Below, piece by piece: positions 1 to 12,608 of a stretch of 64,000 nt of DNA. Position numbers and translations under genes: made by a program. Numbering within the stretch: position 1 is the stretch's first letter; each line of letters starts with the position of its first letter. Under the pieces are notes generated by a model. It searched no databases, was not told the origin of the DNA, and saw only the letters and a list, made by a program, of their open reading frames with translations. Origin of the DNA: Octopus sinensis (Eukaryota); assembly GCF_006345805.1 (NCBI RefSeq), contig NC_042999.1, forward strand, positions 49,600,001 to 49,664,000, in the 5' to 3' direction.

Positions 1-100
1 CTCACATGCGTCGTCTTCGACAGGAGATTCCATCATATAAAGAGAGATAGAGAGAGTGAGAGAGATATGTATGTGTGTGATATATATATGTAAGTGTGAA

Positions 101-331
101 GGCGACGAGCTGGCAGAAACGTTAGCACGCCGGGCGAAATGCGTAGCTGTATTTCGTCTGTCTTTACGTTCTGAGTCCAAATTCCGCCGAGGTCGACTTT
201 GTTTTTCATCTTTTCGGGGTCGATAAATAAAGTTCCAGTTACGCAATGGGGTCGATGTAATCGACTTAATCCCTTTGTCTGTCTTTGTTTGTTCCCTCTA
301 TGTTTAGCCCCTTCTGGGTAGTAAAGAAATA
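101..331 (+). mobile_element. tRNA-derived SINE, family A (tail type 1)
   Basis: GGCGACGAGCTGGCAGAAACG head with A-box-like and GAGTCCAAATTCC B-box-like motifs; tail ...CCCCTTCTGGGTAGTAAAGAAATA; more than 15 related copies in the window. Confidence 0.9.
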
Positions 332-610
332 TATATGTGTAATTGTTGAGAGAGAAGGGTGAGAGAGACATGCACTTACTAAACGTATGCAACTGTCAAT
401 TCCAATAACGAAATACTTAAATTCCAATAGAATTTTTTATTTACTGATCAAATATTCAAAATTTGCTATTAAATTCGTAGGTCGGATTCTTAACAGTATG
501 AGACGTCAATGTAGCTTCCTTTCCCAGCTGAATACCTATCTTTTTCATATTTTCTTTACACATCCAATACTCGTGCTATCGAATCATTCGTCATCAGTAC
601 TTTACTCCCA

Positions 611-817
611 CTCTTTTACTTGTTTCAGTCATTTGACTGTGGTCATGCTGGAGCACCGCTTTTAGTCGAGCAAATCGATCCCAGGACTTATTCCTTGTAA
701 GCCTAGTACTTATTCTATCGGTCTATTTTGCCAAACCGCTAAGTTACGGGGACGTAAACACACCAGCATCGGTTGTCAAGCAATGCTGGGGGGACAAACA
801 CAGACACACAAACATAT

Positions 818-852
<35 letters not shown>

Positions 853-1010
853 CGACGGGCTTCTTTCAGTTCCCGTCTACCAAATCCACTCACAAGTCTT
901 TGGTCGGCCCGAGGTTATAGTAGAAGACACTTGACCAAGGTGCCACGCAGTGGGACTGAACCCAGAACCATGTGGTTCTTAAGCAAGCTACTTACCACAC
1001 AGCCACTCCT
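611..1010 (-). mobile_element. tRNA-derived SINE, family B (CORE-like motif, internal CA/TA microsatellite)
   Basis: Reverse complement starts AGGAGTGGCTGTGTGGTAAG, has a GGTTCAGTCCC B-box and an ACCTTGG(G/T)CAAGT CORE-like motif; about 12 related copies. Confidence 0.88.
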
Positions 1011-1789
1011 TATGTAATTATATATAGCTCAACTATGATATTTTAGAGTTAATGTATCTACCTTTACTGTTATTAGTGATAACGTTCTACAGGCTGCTGA
1101 ATGTTAGGTCGTCAGTGAAGTACCTTCTTGAAATTGGTAATCTAGAATGTCTAACTACCTCTTCCTTATTTATTTATTTATTTATTCACATTTATTCACA
1201 TTTATTTATCAAACATAACTGAAAATCAAACCAAAGCATTTTCCCTCCTCAAGTATTTTGGAAGAAAGGGAGTTGACCTTTCAGAAGAGCGTGCTTATGA
1301 AGAAAGAAAAAAAACGTAAAGGAAAAGCAGTAACTAATAAATAAAAAAAACGACTAAGGCAACTATTAACTAAACAATAGCGATAACAACAATAGGCGGA
1401 GGTAGCGTGAAAAGATTTATGTTATCTTGACCTGTTCAACGGATTCTAGCAGTGATAGAGATCCGTCATCCCACACGTTTCTTGTTTCAAGCTAAAAAAA
1501 AAAAAAATACGCAAGCATAAAAATAACAAAAGAAGGAAACAAAAATAAATATCCCTCTCCACGTGTTATGACGTAACAAGAGTATGCGTTTATGCTGATA
1601 TTTTTTTTAATGCAAACAGCATACAAAAGCAGCAACAACAGCAACAACAATAACAACAGCTGCAATGAATGCAATTATAACATTAACAACGACCATTGCA
1701 GGAGCCAGGCTGTCGAGATTAAGATGCCAACGTAATCTGTTCAAGGTAAAAGTCGTTAATCTCGCTCAGCAATATTACTATGGCCGTCA

Positions 1790-2025
1790 AGGCGGCAAGC
1801 TTGCAGAATGGTTTAGGACTTCATCCGTCTTTACGTTCTGAGTTCAAATTCCACCGACACCGACTTTGCCACTCAAAGGGTAGCCACCTGGCAGAAGCGT
1901 CAACACGACTTTGCTTTTCATTCTTTGGAGGTCGATAAAATAAGCAACAGTTGATTACCGAGGTCAATGTAATCGACCTACACCCCCCCCTGAAATTGCT
2001 GGCCTTGTGCCAAAATTTGACTTCA
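1790..2025 (+). mobile_element. SINE family A, diverged (tail type 2)
   Basis: Family A body followed by the CCCCCCCCTGAAATTGCTGGCCTTGTGCCAAAATTTG tail. Confidence 0.75.
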
Positions 2026-2039
2026 ATACTGTTTTCTAA

Positions 2040-2245
2040 TCTAGACACAAGGCACGAAATTTTGGGGGAGGGTGCCAGTTGATTAGATCGACCCCAGCCC
2101 GCAACTGGTACTTAATTTATCGACCCCGAAAGGATGAAAAGCGAAGTCAACCTCAGCGGAATTTGAACTCAGAACGTAAAGACAGACGAAACACCGCTAA
2201 GCATTTCGCCCGAGGTGCTAACGTTTCTGCCAGCTCGCTGCCTTA
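2040..2245 (-). mobile_element. SINE family A (tail type 2)
   Basis: Reverse complement of AAGGCAGCGAGCTGGCAGAAACG... with the type 2 tail; tail-to-tail with the previous copy. Confidence 0.85.
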
Positions 2246-2298
2246 ATTTCACATCAATATTACTACGATCCTTTGAAACCACTATTATTATTATTATT

Positions 2299-2829
2299 GA
2301 GTGAGCGAGCAGAGCATGCCATCAAAGTGACACTGGGGTAAAATATACGAAGCCCAGTATACCCATCATGACTACCCGTCTGATAAGGGTACACCAGGCA
2401 CATGCATCACAACCATATGTGCGCGACATGGTGATCTCATATCAAGATAAACAGCACAAGACCTTGCAGGTGGGGCCTAATTAGAATTTTCTTCTGGTCG
2501 AGTAGCCCATCCCGCTCAAAAGGTCCCTGAATAAGGATTTTTTAAGGATGTTGAACGAACCACCCATGTTTCCAAAGGTGAATTTCAACACATGGCTATG
2601 ATGCTCCCCCACTACTTCTGCTCGTGATCAGAGATGCACATATCGTCAGCCACTAAGGGACATGCTCAACTGGTTAAGGTCAAACAACTGACAAGCAAAT
2701 CTGTGGTATTGAGCAGAATATTTGCTGTAGCCCATCTTTTATACCAAGACAAAACAATGTACATGATAACACTTCCAATCAGTTAAGATCAGAAGCCATG
2801 AGAGCCACTGCCTGGTACTGCATCAGGGC

Positions 2830-2833
<4 letters not shown>
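2299..2833. mobile_element. ~550-bp non-coding interspersed element, copy 1, flanked by (ATT)n
   Basis: Clearly homologous to 2885-3441; (ATT)n on both sides; no ORF; orientation not determinable. Confidence 0.75.
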
Positions 2834-2884
<51 letters not shown>

Positions 2885-3441
2885 GTGTGAGAGCAGCGCA
2901 TGCCATCAAAGTGACACTGGGGTACAAATATAAGAAGCCCAATATACTCATCATGACTACTTGTCTGATAAGGGAAAACCAGGCGCATGCATCACAAACA
3001 TTTGTGCGCGACATGGTGTTCTCAAATCAAGATAAAACAGCGCATGACCTTGCAGGTGGGGCCCAGCTGGAATTTTTTTCAGGGCGAGTAGACCATCCCG
3101 CTTGAAAGGTCCCTGAATAAGGGTTGTTTAAGAATGTTGAACGAAACACCCATGTTACAAGGGGTGAATTATCCAAACCCCAAAGAATCCCTCTCAACAC
3201 ATGGCTATGATGCTCCCCCACCACTTCTGTTCGTGATCAGAGATGTACATACCGTCAGCCACCAAGGGACATGCTCAACTGGTTAGGGTCAAACAACTGA
3301 CAAGCAAATCTGTGGTATTGAGCAGAATATTTGTTGCAGCCCATCTTTTACACCAAGACAAAATATGTACATGATAACACTTGCAATCAGTTAAGAACAG
3401 AAGCTATGAGAGCCAGTGCACAGTATTGCATCAGGGCATTT
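2885..3441. mobile_element. ~550-bp non-coding interspersed element, copy 2
   Basis: Tandem diverged copy that retains a short segment (ATCCAAACCCCAAAGAATCCCTC) missing from copy 1. Confidence 0.75.
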
Positions 3442-3464
3442 ATGACTATTATTGTTATTGTTAA

Positions 3465-3497
<33 letters not shown>

Positions 3498-3504
3498 TCT
3501 TATT

Positions 3505-3557
<53 letters not shown>

Positions 3558-3670
3558 TATTACTATTATTATTATCATTATTACTATTATTATTATATTA
3601 TTATTATTATTATTATCATCATCATCATTATCATCATTATTATCATTATTATTACTATTATTATTAATCA

Positions 3671-3701
<31 letters not shown>

Positions 3702-3803
3702 TATCATCATGATCATCATCATTATCATCACTATTACTATTATTATTAATATTATTATTATTATCATCATCATCATCACCATCATCATTATTATTACTAT
3801 TAC

Positions 3804-3847
<44 letters not shown>

Positions 3848-3866
3848 GATGAAGAAGAAGAACAGC

Positions 3867-3903
<37 letters not shown>

Positions 3904-3925
3904 GCAACATCAACAACAACAACAT
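3442..3925. repeat. Compound (ATT/ATC)n and (AAC)n microsatellite
   Basis: Directly visible; source of the poly-Ile, poly-Met and poly-Asn ORFs. Confidence 0.97.
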
Positions 3926-4314
3926 GACAGTGGCCGAGAATATGGCAGTGGTAATTTCTGAATGATAATAACTTTAAAAAATAATTGATGTAAGTCATAT
4001 TTTTGCCTAGTGGAAAATATTGATCAAGCGAAGATTTATTCACGAGGGAATTATCTCTTTATGTTAATAAAGCTGGAGCCTTAGCCATGGGCGAATTCTA
4101 GCTAAGTAAGCAAGTATCAATGTAGATAAGTGTATAGCTTACATTCAAGTTTAATTCATATGGATTGTAGATAGGTTTTTAAAGGTTAATGATATTGTAC
4201 CTGAGCAAACTTTTAAGCTTCACTTGCCATGAAATTGGTTCAGAGTGGTGAGTGCATTTACATGCATACATACACACATATAAATGCAGGCACAAACAGG
4301 ATGTGTGTATAGCT

Positions 4315-4362
<48 letters not shown>

Positions 4363-4819
4363 ATAAAACGGTAAGATAACAAAAGAAAGAAAGAGACCTC
4401 AATATTATGTAAATAGAGGAAATATATATATATATATTTGCCTTTCATCCTTTCGGGGTCGATAAATAAAGTACCAGTTTCGCACTGGGGTCGATGTAAT
4501 CGACTTAATCCCTTTGTCTGTCCTTGTTTGTCCCCTCTATGTTTAGCCCCTTGTAGGCAATAGAGAAATATACATATATATATATGTGTGAATATTTTAA
4601 ATTAAAATTAAAATTTAATTTAAAGTACCAATGTTCTCGAATCGGTGAATTATCTGCTGTAATTTATTAGCTGCAGGGTTGTTTTTCCGGCACTAGCGCG
4701 CCAAAGAGAAGGCATTTGAAAAATACCACATATATATTTTGTAGAACTGTACATGAGTTTTCTTTCGGGAAAACGTTTCTGAGTATATTTCTGTAAAATA
4801 TGTTTTCAAATACGACAGA

Positions 4820-4886
4820 CTACGCTGAGGATTTACAGATACTTGCATCTTGCATTTTGTATTAATAATGAAACGATGATACGTAG
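4820..4886 (+). ncRNA. Degenerate type I hammerhead-like motif
   Basis: CTACG-CTGAGGA...GAAAC-GATG-ATA-CGTAG: stem I CTACG/CGTAG is perfect; stems II and III are imperfect. Confidence 0.45.
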
Positions 4887-6140
4887 GTAATCGTTTTATG
4901 TTGTAAATTTTCATTTGCCTTGCTTATTTTTGACATTTTGGCGTTTGCTGTAGGTTTTTTCTCTTGGGAACGCACTCTTTGTGGTAAGGCGATTTTACGT
5001 CTATTTCTACCGTATAGGATTCCACTTTAGTGCATAATTAATACGTTCACGCATATACATACGCTGAAAAATACATCTATATATTCACATACATATTACA
5101 ATTAATAAGTGGAATGACCACATATATACGACGGGCTTCTTTCAGTTTCTGTCTACCAAATCCACTCACAAGGCTTTGGTCGGCCCGAGGCTATAGTAGA
5201 AGACACTTGTCCAAGGTGCCACACAGTGGGACTGAACCCGGAACCATTTGGCTGGTAAGCAAGGTACTTACCACGCAGCCACTCCTAATAATGGTTTCAA
5301 ATTTTGGCACAGATCCAGCAGTTTCTGAAGGAGAGGATGAGGTCGATTACATTGAGCCTAGTTCTCGACTGGTATTTTATCTTATCGAGCCTGAAAGGGT
5401 GAAAGGCGAATTCGAACGTAAATACCGACGATATGCCGCTAAGTATTTTGCCCGCCGTACTAACGATTCTTCAGATCACCGCCTTTTTGTGTTCTAATAA
5501 CTGATTTCAAACAACGCCAGCAACTTTGGGAGAGGGGGCTAGTCGATTACATATTAACCAGAATGGACGAAAGGCTAAGTCAACCTCAGCGTACAGACGG
5601 TCGAAATGCCGCTAAACACTTTGCTCTGTGTGCTAACGATTCTGCCAGTACACCTCTTTTTTTTGTGTGTAATCTAATAATTAGAAGTGTTCGCTGTTGC
5701 TGATCAATTTTCTTCTCATTAAAGTTATAATTTCAAATGACTTGAAATTTCTTCCTGTTCAAAAGGTCAACTATCTTAGGCTGCTTCTAACATCACGTTC
5801 TTCATAAAGAAGATGCTCTTGTCTTGGTCTGATTTGTTTGGTTTTCTTTATTCTAAGATCAATTGATGATAAACACACGAAATCGATTTGGGGTCGAGTA
5901 TCTCGATACCACCTTCATTTCGCTGAGAGGGACCAATACCACTAAAATATTCTCAAGGTTGTCAGTACAGCTAACAAAGATCATATCTATCCCCTCCTCT
6001 GCAAAATTTCGTTACGTTTTTTTGGCTATTGATACGTTAGTTCCCTGATAATTTTTATTTACGTTTATCATTGTTCTGTCCTTTGCGATTATAACTTCCA
6101 TTCATTAAAATATTTTTGTCACCAGATTAAATATGGCACT

Positions 6141-6437
6141 GAAGGCGCGTGGCTTTGTGGTTAGGGCATTCAGCTCATGATTGTAAGGTCGTGAGTTAAA
6201 TTCTCGGCGACACGTTGTGTCTTTTCACTTTGCTCCAGTCCACTCAGCTGGCCAAAAATTAGTAGTACCTGTATTTCAGGTCACACTTTGTGTTAACGCT
6301 GAATCTCCCTGAGAACTACGTTAAGGGTACATGTGTCTGTGGAGTGCTCAGCCACTTGTACGTAAATTTCACGAGTAAGCTGTTCCGTTGATCGTATCAG
6401 CTGGGACACTTGTCGTCGCAACCGACGGAATGCTCCC
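6141..6437 (+). mobile_element. tRNA-derived SINE, family C (tail C1)
   Basis: GGCGCGTGGCTTTGTGGTTAGGG head and GCTCCAGTCCACTCAGCTGG core; homologue at 17845-18180 (-). Confidence 0.85.
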
Positions 6438-7734
6438 TTTAAAAAAATATATGGCAACATGTATTTAGCTGTATATACATGTTTACTATAAGATGCATCT
6501 TTTCGAGATTTAGTCACATGCTTGTGACTGGAGATCTAATCCTTAAGAAAGTAGTTTCAATTTACTTCGATCATTTCGAATCTAAGCCACAACGTTCTCT
6601 CGTCTACACCTGGCTTCCAGAATCAGCAAGGTGTTATTTCTGCTCCTTTTCCTAACCTGCGAATCCACCAGAGTGGATGCTAGCGCTAATATATGATTTA
6701 TAAAAACATGTGACATATTAATAAAAATCTGTAAATATAAGCCCATCAAGATTTCTGAGTACCTTATTTCTTCTAATATATTATACCTGTACATCACCTC
6801 CAAACCTTCTAATATATGTATGCTTGTATATGCAGAACTAACGACGAAAATAACCAATGAGAAAACAAAGGAAACGGAAAGAACTATTATTAGTTTGACA
6901 CGTAAGAGTGTCTTTGAAGTTTCGAGACTAAGCACTTCTTGGAAAATAGTAGAAAAGCGGGAGAAAACAGGGGTAATAGAGTAATATTTTTAGTCTGTGC
7001 CATGTCAAATAACCGGGTGTTAAGAGGGGAAGAAAGAGGTTTCATACGTTCAAGAGCAGCAAGGGAAATAACTGTGAAACTGTGAACGATCATGTGTGCG
7101 CGTGTATACACGTATGACCGTGTACTGTTATGGTATGCATTTAGTTTTTCTGACAACATTGTTTCTTTCACACATTGGGAATTCTGATGACTGGATTATG
7201 TATTACAGAATGTGTATGTGCGTTGTGTGTGTGCGTGCATGTATGTTTTACTTGGTGTATGGTACCATAAGACTATGAGTGTGTGTAATGTTATCTGATG
7301 TGGAGTATGTATATTGAGCTGATTCGTGTGTTTTGTATAAATATATGCGTCTATGCAGTGCCCTCTACAGGGATGTACGTGTTTGGCAATGCATGTTTCG
7401 TATGTGCGTGTGTGCCTCTTAGTCTGTGTGTATATGTGTGACTGTGTTACTTATGTCATAATGCCAATATTGTGAATTTGTTGTGGCGATATTATAAGGA
7501 GTGTGAGTATATGTGTGTGAACATAGGAACTTTCCATCAGTGTGTGTGTATGTGTGTGTGTGCCTATAATGTCGTTATATTAGTTATGTTGCTGTGTTAC
7601 GCATGGTTTTCAAAAGCCTTGTATATACGAATGAGTGTGTATTATGTACACACACACACACACATATATATTCTATTCATATATATATATATAATATTAG
7701 GGTGTATAACATATACATATATACATATATATAA

Positions 7735-7812
<78 letters not shown>

Positions 7813-7835
7813 ATATGTGTAAATATATATATACC

Positions 7836-7869
<34 letters not shown>

Positions 7870-7895
7870 ATATAGTGTATAACATATACATATAT

Positions 7896-7936
<41 letters not shown>

Positions 7937-7940
<4 letters not shown>

Positions 7941-8109
7941 ATGTTACATTACTCGGTAGTCAAGATAAAACTCTGAGTTTCAGATGCCGAAGTGGAAATC
8001 CACAACACCATCTCATCGGTTATCTGGCTATTTGAAAACGTTATGAAAAATTTCCTCTATTTACATAATATTGAGTCTCTTTCTTTCTTTTGTTATCTTA
8101 CCGTTTTAT

Positions 8110-8112
<3 letters not shown>
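7937..8112. mobile_element. Penelope-like repeat fragment with internal inversion, in (TA)n
   Basis: Segments shared with 4360-4425, 25052-25465 and 59810-60030, here joined in opposite orientation. Confidence 0.6.
7963..8025 (-). ncRNA. Hammerhead-like fold, U4C family (CCGAUGA core)
   Basis: AGATAA-CCGATGA-GATG...CATC-T-GAAAC-TCAGA-GTT-TTATCT. Confidence 0.55.
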
Positions 8113-8148
<36 letters not shown>

Positions 8149-8150
8149 TG

Positions 8151-8190
<40 letters not shown>

Positions 8191-8201
8191 TATATTGTTT
8201 C

Positions 8202-8269
<68 letters not shown>

Positions 8270-8438
8270 CATATTATTATATCGGAGTAGACTGTCAACT
8301 TTAATATGGTAAACATGCGTCTATCTCCTCTAACCGACGTTTTGAGCTCTATACTAAAGTTTGTACTACGTTAAATATATTATTATCAGATTTTTACTAT
8401 TTTTACCTTACTCTCTTTTTTCTCTCTCCTATATACAT

Positions 8439-8476
<38 letters not shown>

Positions 8477-10246
8477 TTATTTATTTATGTATGTATGTAT
8501 GTATGTATATGTATTATATTACATTACATCATATTACATTATATATAATTGAGATTCGTGTATGTAAACAAAACGATACATTAGACTTCTAACTCCATCC
8601 GAGTTGCATAATACCCGAATACGTACACACACTTAAATAGTTGTGTGTGTGAGAGAGAGAGATAGAGAGAGAGATAGACAGACAGAAAGAGAGAGAGGAT
8701 GCATGTTTATTTATTCTCAAGCGATTCTCAGTAAAGGTATGCGCATGCGTAGCCGTTATTCGTTATTCGCTTTCTAGTTTTTATTTGCATTTTCCTTAAT
8801 CAGATCATATTGAAAAACAAGAGAGTTTTCACTGGAAGATTTTGTACCGTTTGTTCTTGTTTCTGCTATTGTTGTTGTGATCATTGTTGCTGCTACTGTT
8901 GATAATGATATTTTTGCATCCAATTGTTATTGTTGCTGTTTATTCTAAGCCTTCCTGCGCTATCTTTAACAACAGATTACTATAACATAACAGCAAGAAA
9001 AAAAAAAAAGATTATTAACTATATAAAACATAGACACAGACATCTTTCCAAATTCTTGATTCATGTTTGGCATTTCCATGACCGTTCGATTGATACTAAA
9101 TATTTGACATATTCCAAATCATAATAAGAAATCGCATGCAAACAGCTAAGGTGGGCTTGCTCTCAACGATCATGGGAAAATCATTAACTCAGCCCAACCG
9201 ACAGAATAAAAAAAAAATGAAATAAAATAAACAAACAAGTATGAACTTAATCTGTTGATTTAAAAATAAAAGTGAGGGTGGCAGTGGAGAAAAAGCCGCT
9301 TTTGAAGTAAATCCCAAAAAAAAGAGAAGCGACATCTTGCTTTTCTTTTTTTTTTTTTGTCATTAACACCATTGTAACTATTGCCGTTTTGGTTGTTGAT
9401 AATAAGGATTGCCATGTTATTGATTTATTTTGTATTTTGCTGCACGGGTCAATAAAGAAGTAGCAGGAAACATGATTAATTCGACCGTAAGCAACCTATC
9501 TCTGTTTTGTTCCTTTACTCGGGAGACGGGGTGGTTTGTTGTTCATCACACAACGTATTTAGAACTGTGGTATCTTGTACGTCTTTTCTTGTCACCGTTT
9601 AGTCTCGAGTTACCATTATTGAAACGTTGAATCGTGTCTACCAACACTCTTTGAGTTTCAATTTCCTAAATATATGTTCATAAAATATTTAATTGATATA
9701 ACAGGTTATGTCATGCTTCAAACTTCTAGAAAGAATGAAATAGTGCTGTGCAGGATTTCCACTGACTAGAAATATTACGAATTTTGTAATAAGAAAGCAA
9801 CAAAAAATGAAACGAATATATGTATTTTATTCCTTAAATTCAAATTCAAACATCTAATCCTGCTAAATTATACGAAGAAAAAATGATCGCCCTTGTATTA
9901 ACTCTTCGCTAGACGACACAACGTGTATCATGTATCTAAGACTACAGTTATTCAATGAGATTTCATTAAAATATTTCGAAGTAAACCAAAACAAGAGAAA
10001 AATAAGAAAATAAATTTAAGTTATAATAACAGATCAACAGATTAATACAAAACCGTTTAACCATTTCCGATTCAATTCGTTAATGATTGACCGTCTAGTG
10101 GTATAGGAAATTTCTGTATTCGCTCTTTAGAATATTCGTAATAATCGGATTAATTGTATCTTGATGGCGTAGAGATGATCACGATACTTAAACGATAATG
10201 AACTAAGTGCATAACCGGAAACCACCTGCAGCTGCTGTTACTACTG

Positions 10247-10277
<31 letters not shown>

Positions 10278-11680
10278 ATTTGTTGTTGCTTCTGCTTCTC
10301 GATTACGTTGAAGGCCGCTAACTCGTTGATCAAAACGTTTTATAGCAACCAATCTTGAACTCACACATTAACGTTTTATATGAGGAACAGTAGAGATTGT
10401 ATGACGAAATTCGATATTTTTATAAAGAGTCGGGATGGTTGAGGCTGGAATTTCAGGAACCATAGATCTGCTTGATCGGACAAGACTTGGGTCTAAATAA
10501 CAAGATTAGAAACACCACAACTACTCCTACAAATGCTATTGGTACTGCTGCTATTAATATCACCGCTACAACTGCAGCTACTGCTATTATCACTATTAAT
10601 AATGGTTTCAAATCTTGGCACAAGGCCGGGAGTTTTGAGAGTGGGGGCTAAGTCACCTACATCGACTCCAGTGTTCAACTGGAACTTGTTTTATCGATCC
10701 CGAAAGGATGAAAGATGAAGTCGACCCCGGCAGAATTTGAACACAGAAATGCTGCAAGCATTTTGTCCGACGTGCTAACGATTCTGCCAGCTTACCCCGC
10801 TTTATAATTCTTTCTACTATAGACATAAGGTCTGGAATTTTCCCACTCTTCCTTAGATGGAACGAAGAAAGGCCCCTGTCCTTGGCAAAGTACACATACA
10901 TTACTCTCCACTTCTCGCGAGCCTCTGTAATGGATTGTGGCAGACTGGCATCTGCTCTATTGCCAAAAGGCTGCCAGACTTTCGTTTTTTTTTTCTTTTT
11001 CCGCAAAAAGCTCCTTAACAAATTTGTTTTTCTTCATTTTTATTTTTTAGAATTAATGTTTAAAAAAGAGAGTTTTCGTTATTCGTGCATGCATATTGTT
11101 GTTGTAGTTGTTGTTGTTGGTGGTGGTGGTTTTGGTGGTGGTGGTGGTGGTGCTGCTGCTGCTGCTACTGCCGCTGCCACCACCACCGTCAACTATATTA
11201 TTTGTTACACTATTTTTGTTGGAGTAATAATATTTTATTATATATCCTTCCATTTTTTGTGTGTGTATGTCTGCTGGTTTGGACAGTTATTATTTTCATG
11301 TTCTATTTTTGCGTTTGTTTTATAATTTGTTTTTTGTTGGTGATTCTTTCATTTTGTTTACAGTAATACTTTTATGATGTGGTTTATAAGAGAAAATACG
11401 AAACCATTCTTAGCCTTAGCATTAAACGGTAGAATAAAATGGAGATATTCTTTATAAACAAGCTTGATGTCTAACCTCAACAAAGGTAGACCTTTCACAA
11501 TATTCAATAAGACTCCCAGTATGACACTGGAAATTATTTTTCTCAGTTATACTTGTAAACATTTGATTAAAATCACAGCAGAATTTTAGCATCTCATTTC
11601 TAAGTCGGAAGTAAATAATAACAACAATAATAAGGATGACGATAATGATATTTTTTCTTGTCATTGTCATCGTCAGTGAC

Positions 11681-11960
11681 GGCGTTTTATCGTGTGCCCG
11701 ATAATTTATTTGGCTTCTTCTTGACCGTTTCTTCCCCTCTGTCTGTGCTTATGCCTCTGATGACTAAAGAGACCGACTTTTGCATGGAAGCGTCTATTGC
11801 AAAATTCATAAGGGATCTATGGTGGAGGCTTTGGTTGTTGCAGCCTCCATTTTTTCCACTGTGACAGATCATTCATTTTCTTCTATATTAGTTTTATTCG
11901 TATGTTCCATCAAGGCGAACTCGAAGTTCCTTCTTTATAAACTAGGTTTTAGCTCCATAG
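11681..11960 (-). mobile_element. Degraded RTE-type LINE 3' end
   Basis: Minus frame gives EFCNRRFHAKVGLFSHQRHKH, an RTE C-terminal zinc-finger-like motif, followed by a stop and a short 3' UTR. Confidence 0.6.
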
Positions 11961-12608
11961 TGAAGAAGGTTATCTACATGTGACCTAAAAATGGTGAGAT
12001 GCATATTTTACTATACCTGTTTTTCTGCAGGTCAGCTTTGACTGAGAAACCTATGTTCAAAGATGTTCCAGCAGTAGCAATTTCAACCTCTTATCAGATA
12101 CATTATACGTAAGTCTAAATTATCTAATGACTTCTTTAATGGCGAATTTTGAGATTTAAACTTTAAAAATTTACTATTTCAAAACAAAAATTAACATTAT
12201 GGCTTCCCAAATCGAGGGAAGTGACGTCTGTTGGAACTTCTATTATTACATTATTTTCTCATTATTTTCTGATGCGGTCGAGAGACAAATCACAGACAAT
12301 ATCAACAATAACGACGAAGACAGCAACAGTAGCAACAAAAGCAGCAGCAGCAGCAACAGTGACAACCAGGATAAAATTAGAAACGAGAAAAGCACGACCT
12401 TTACCACTGCCCCCAGTACCACCACCACCACCACCATCTCAACAACAACAAACATTAAGCACCACGGAAGCAAAATTGGAACGGTTTCTCAAAAGTGTGT
12501 TGTAGAATTGAGAAAGCTGACGTGTCAGAAAAAAACCTTGAGTGACACCAAAGAACAGCAGAATAGTATGCCTAAACACGCCAGATAAAATACGGGAAGG
12601 ATAAAAAG

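Noticed and set aside
3331-4043. Long ORFs of 173 and 218 aa
   Set aside because: They are translations of ATT/ATC/AAC microsatellites; the same applies to the many YI-, CV- and HT-repeat ORFs.
6582-6935. 117-aa minus-strand ORF
   Set aside because: No motif recognised and no clear splice context.
11757-11800. CTGATGA as a hammerhead core
   Set aside because: No GAAA or closing stems follow; it lies on the antisense strand of an RTE remnant.
12199-12588. Pro/Gln/Thr-rich ORFs suggesting a terminal exon
   Set aside because: Built from CAG/CAC/AAC low-complexity repeats like other intergenic tracts here; no convincing splice acceptor or recognisable domain.
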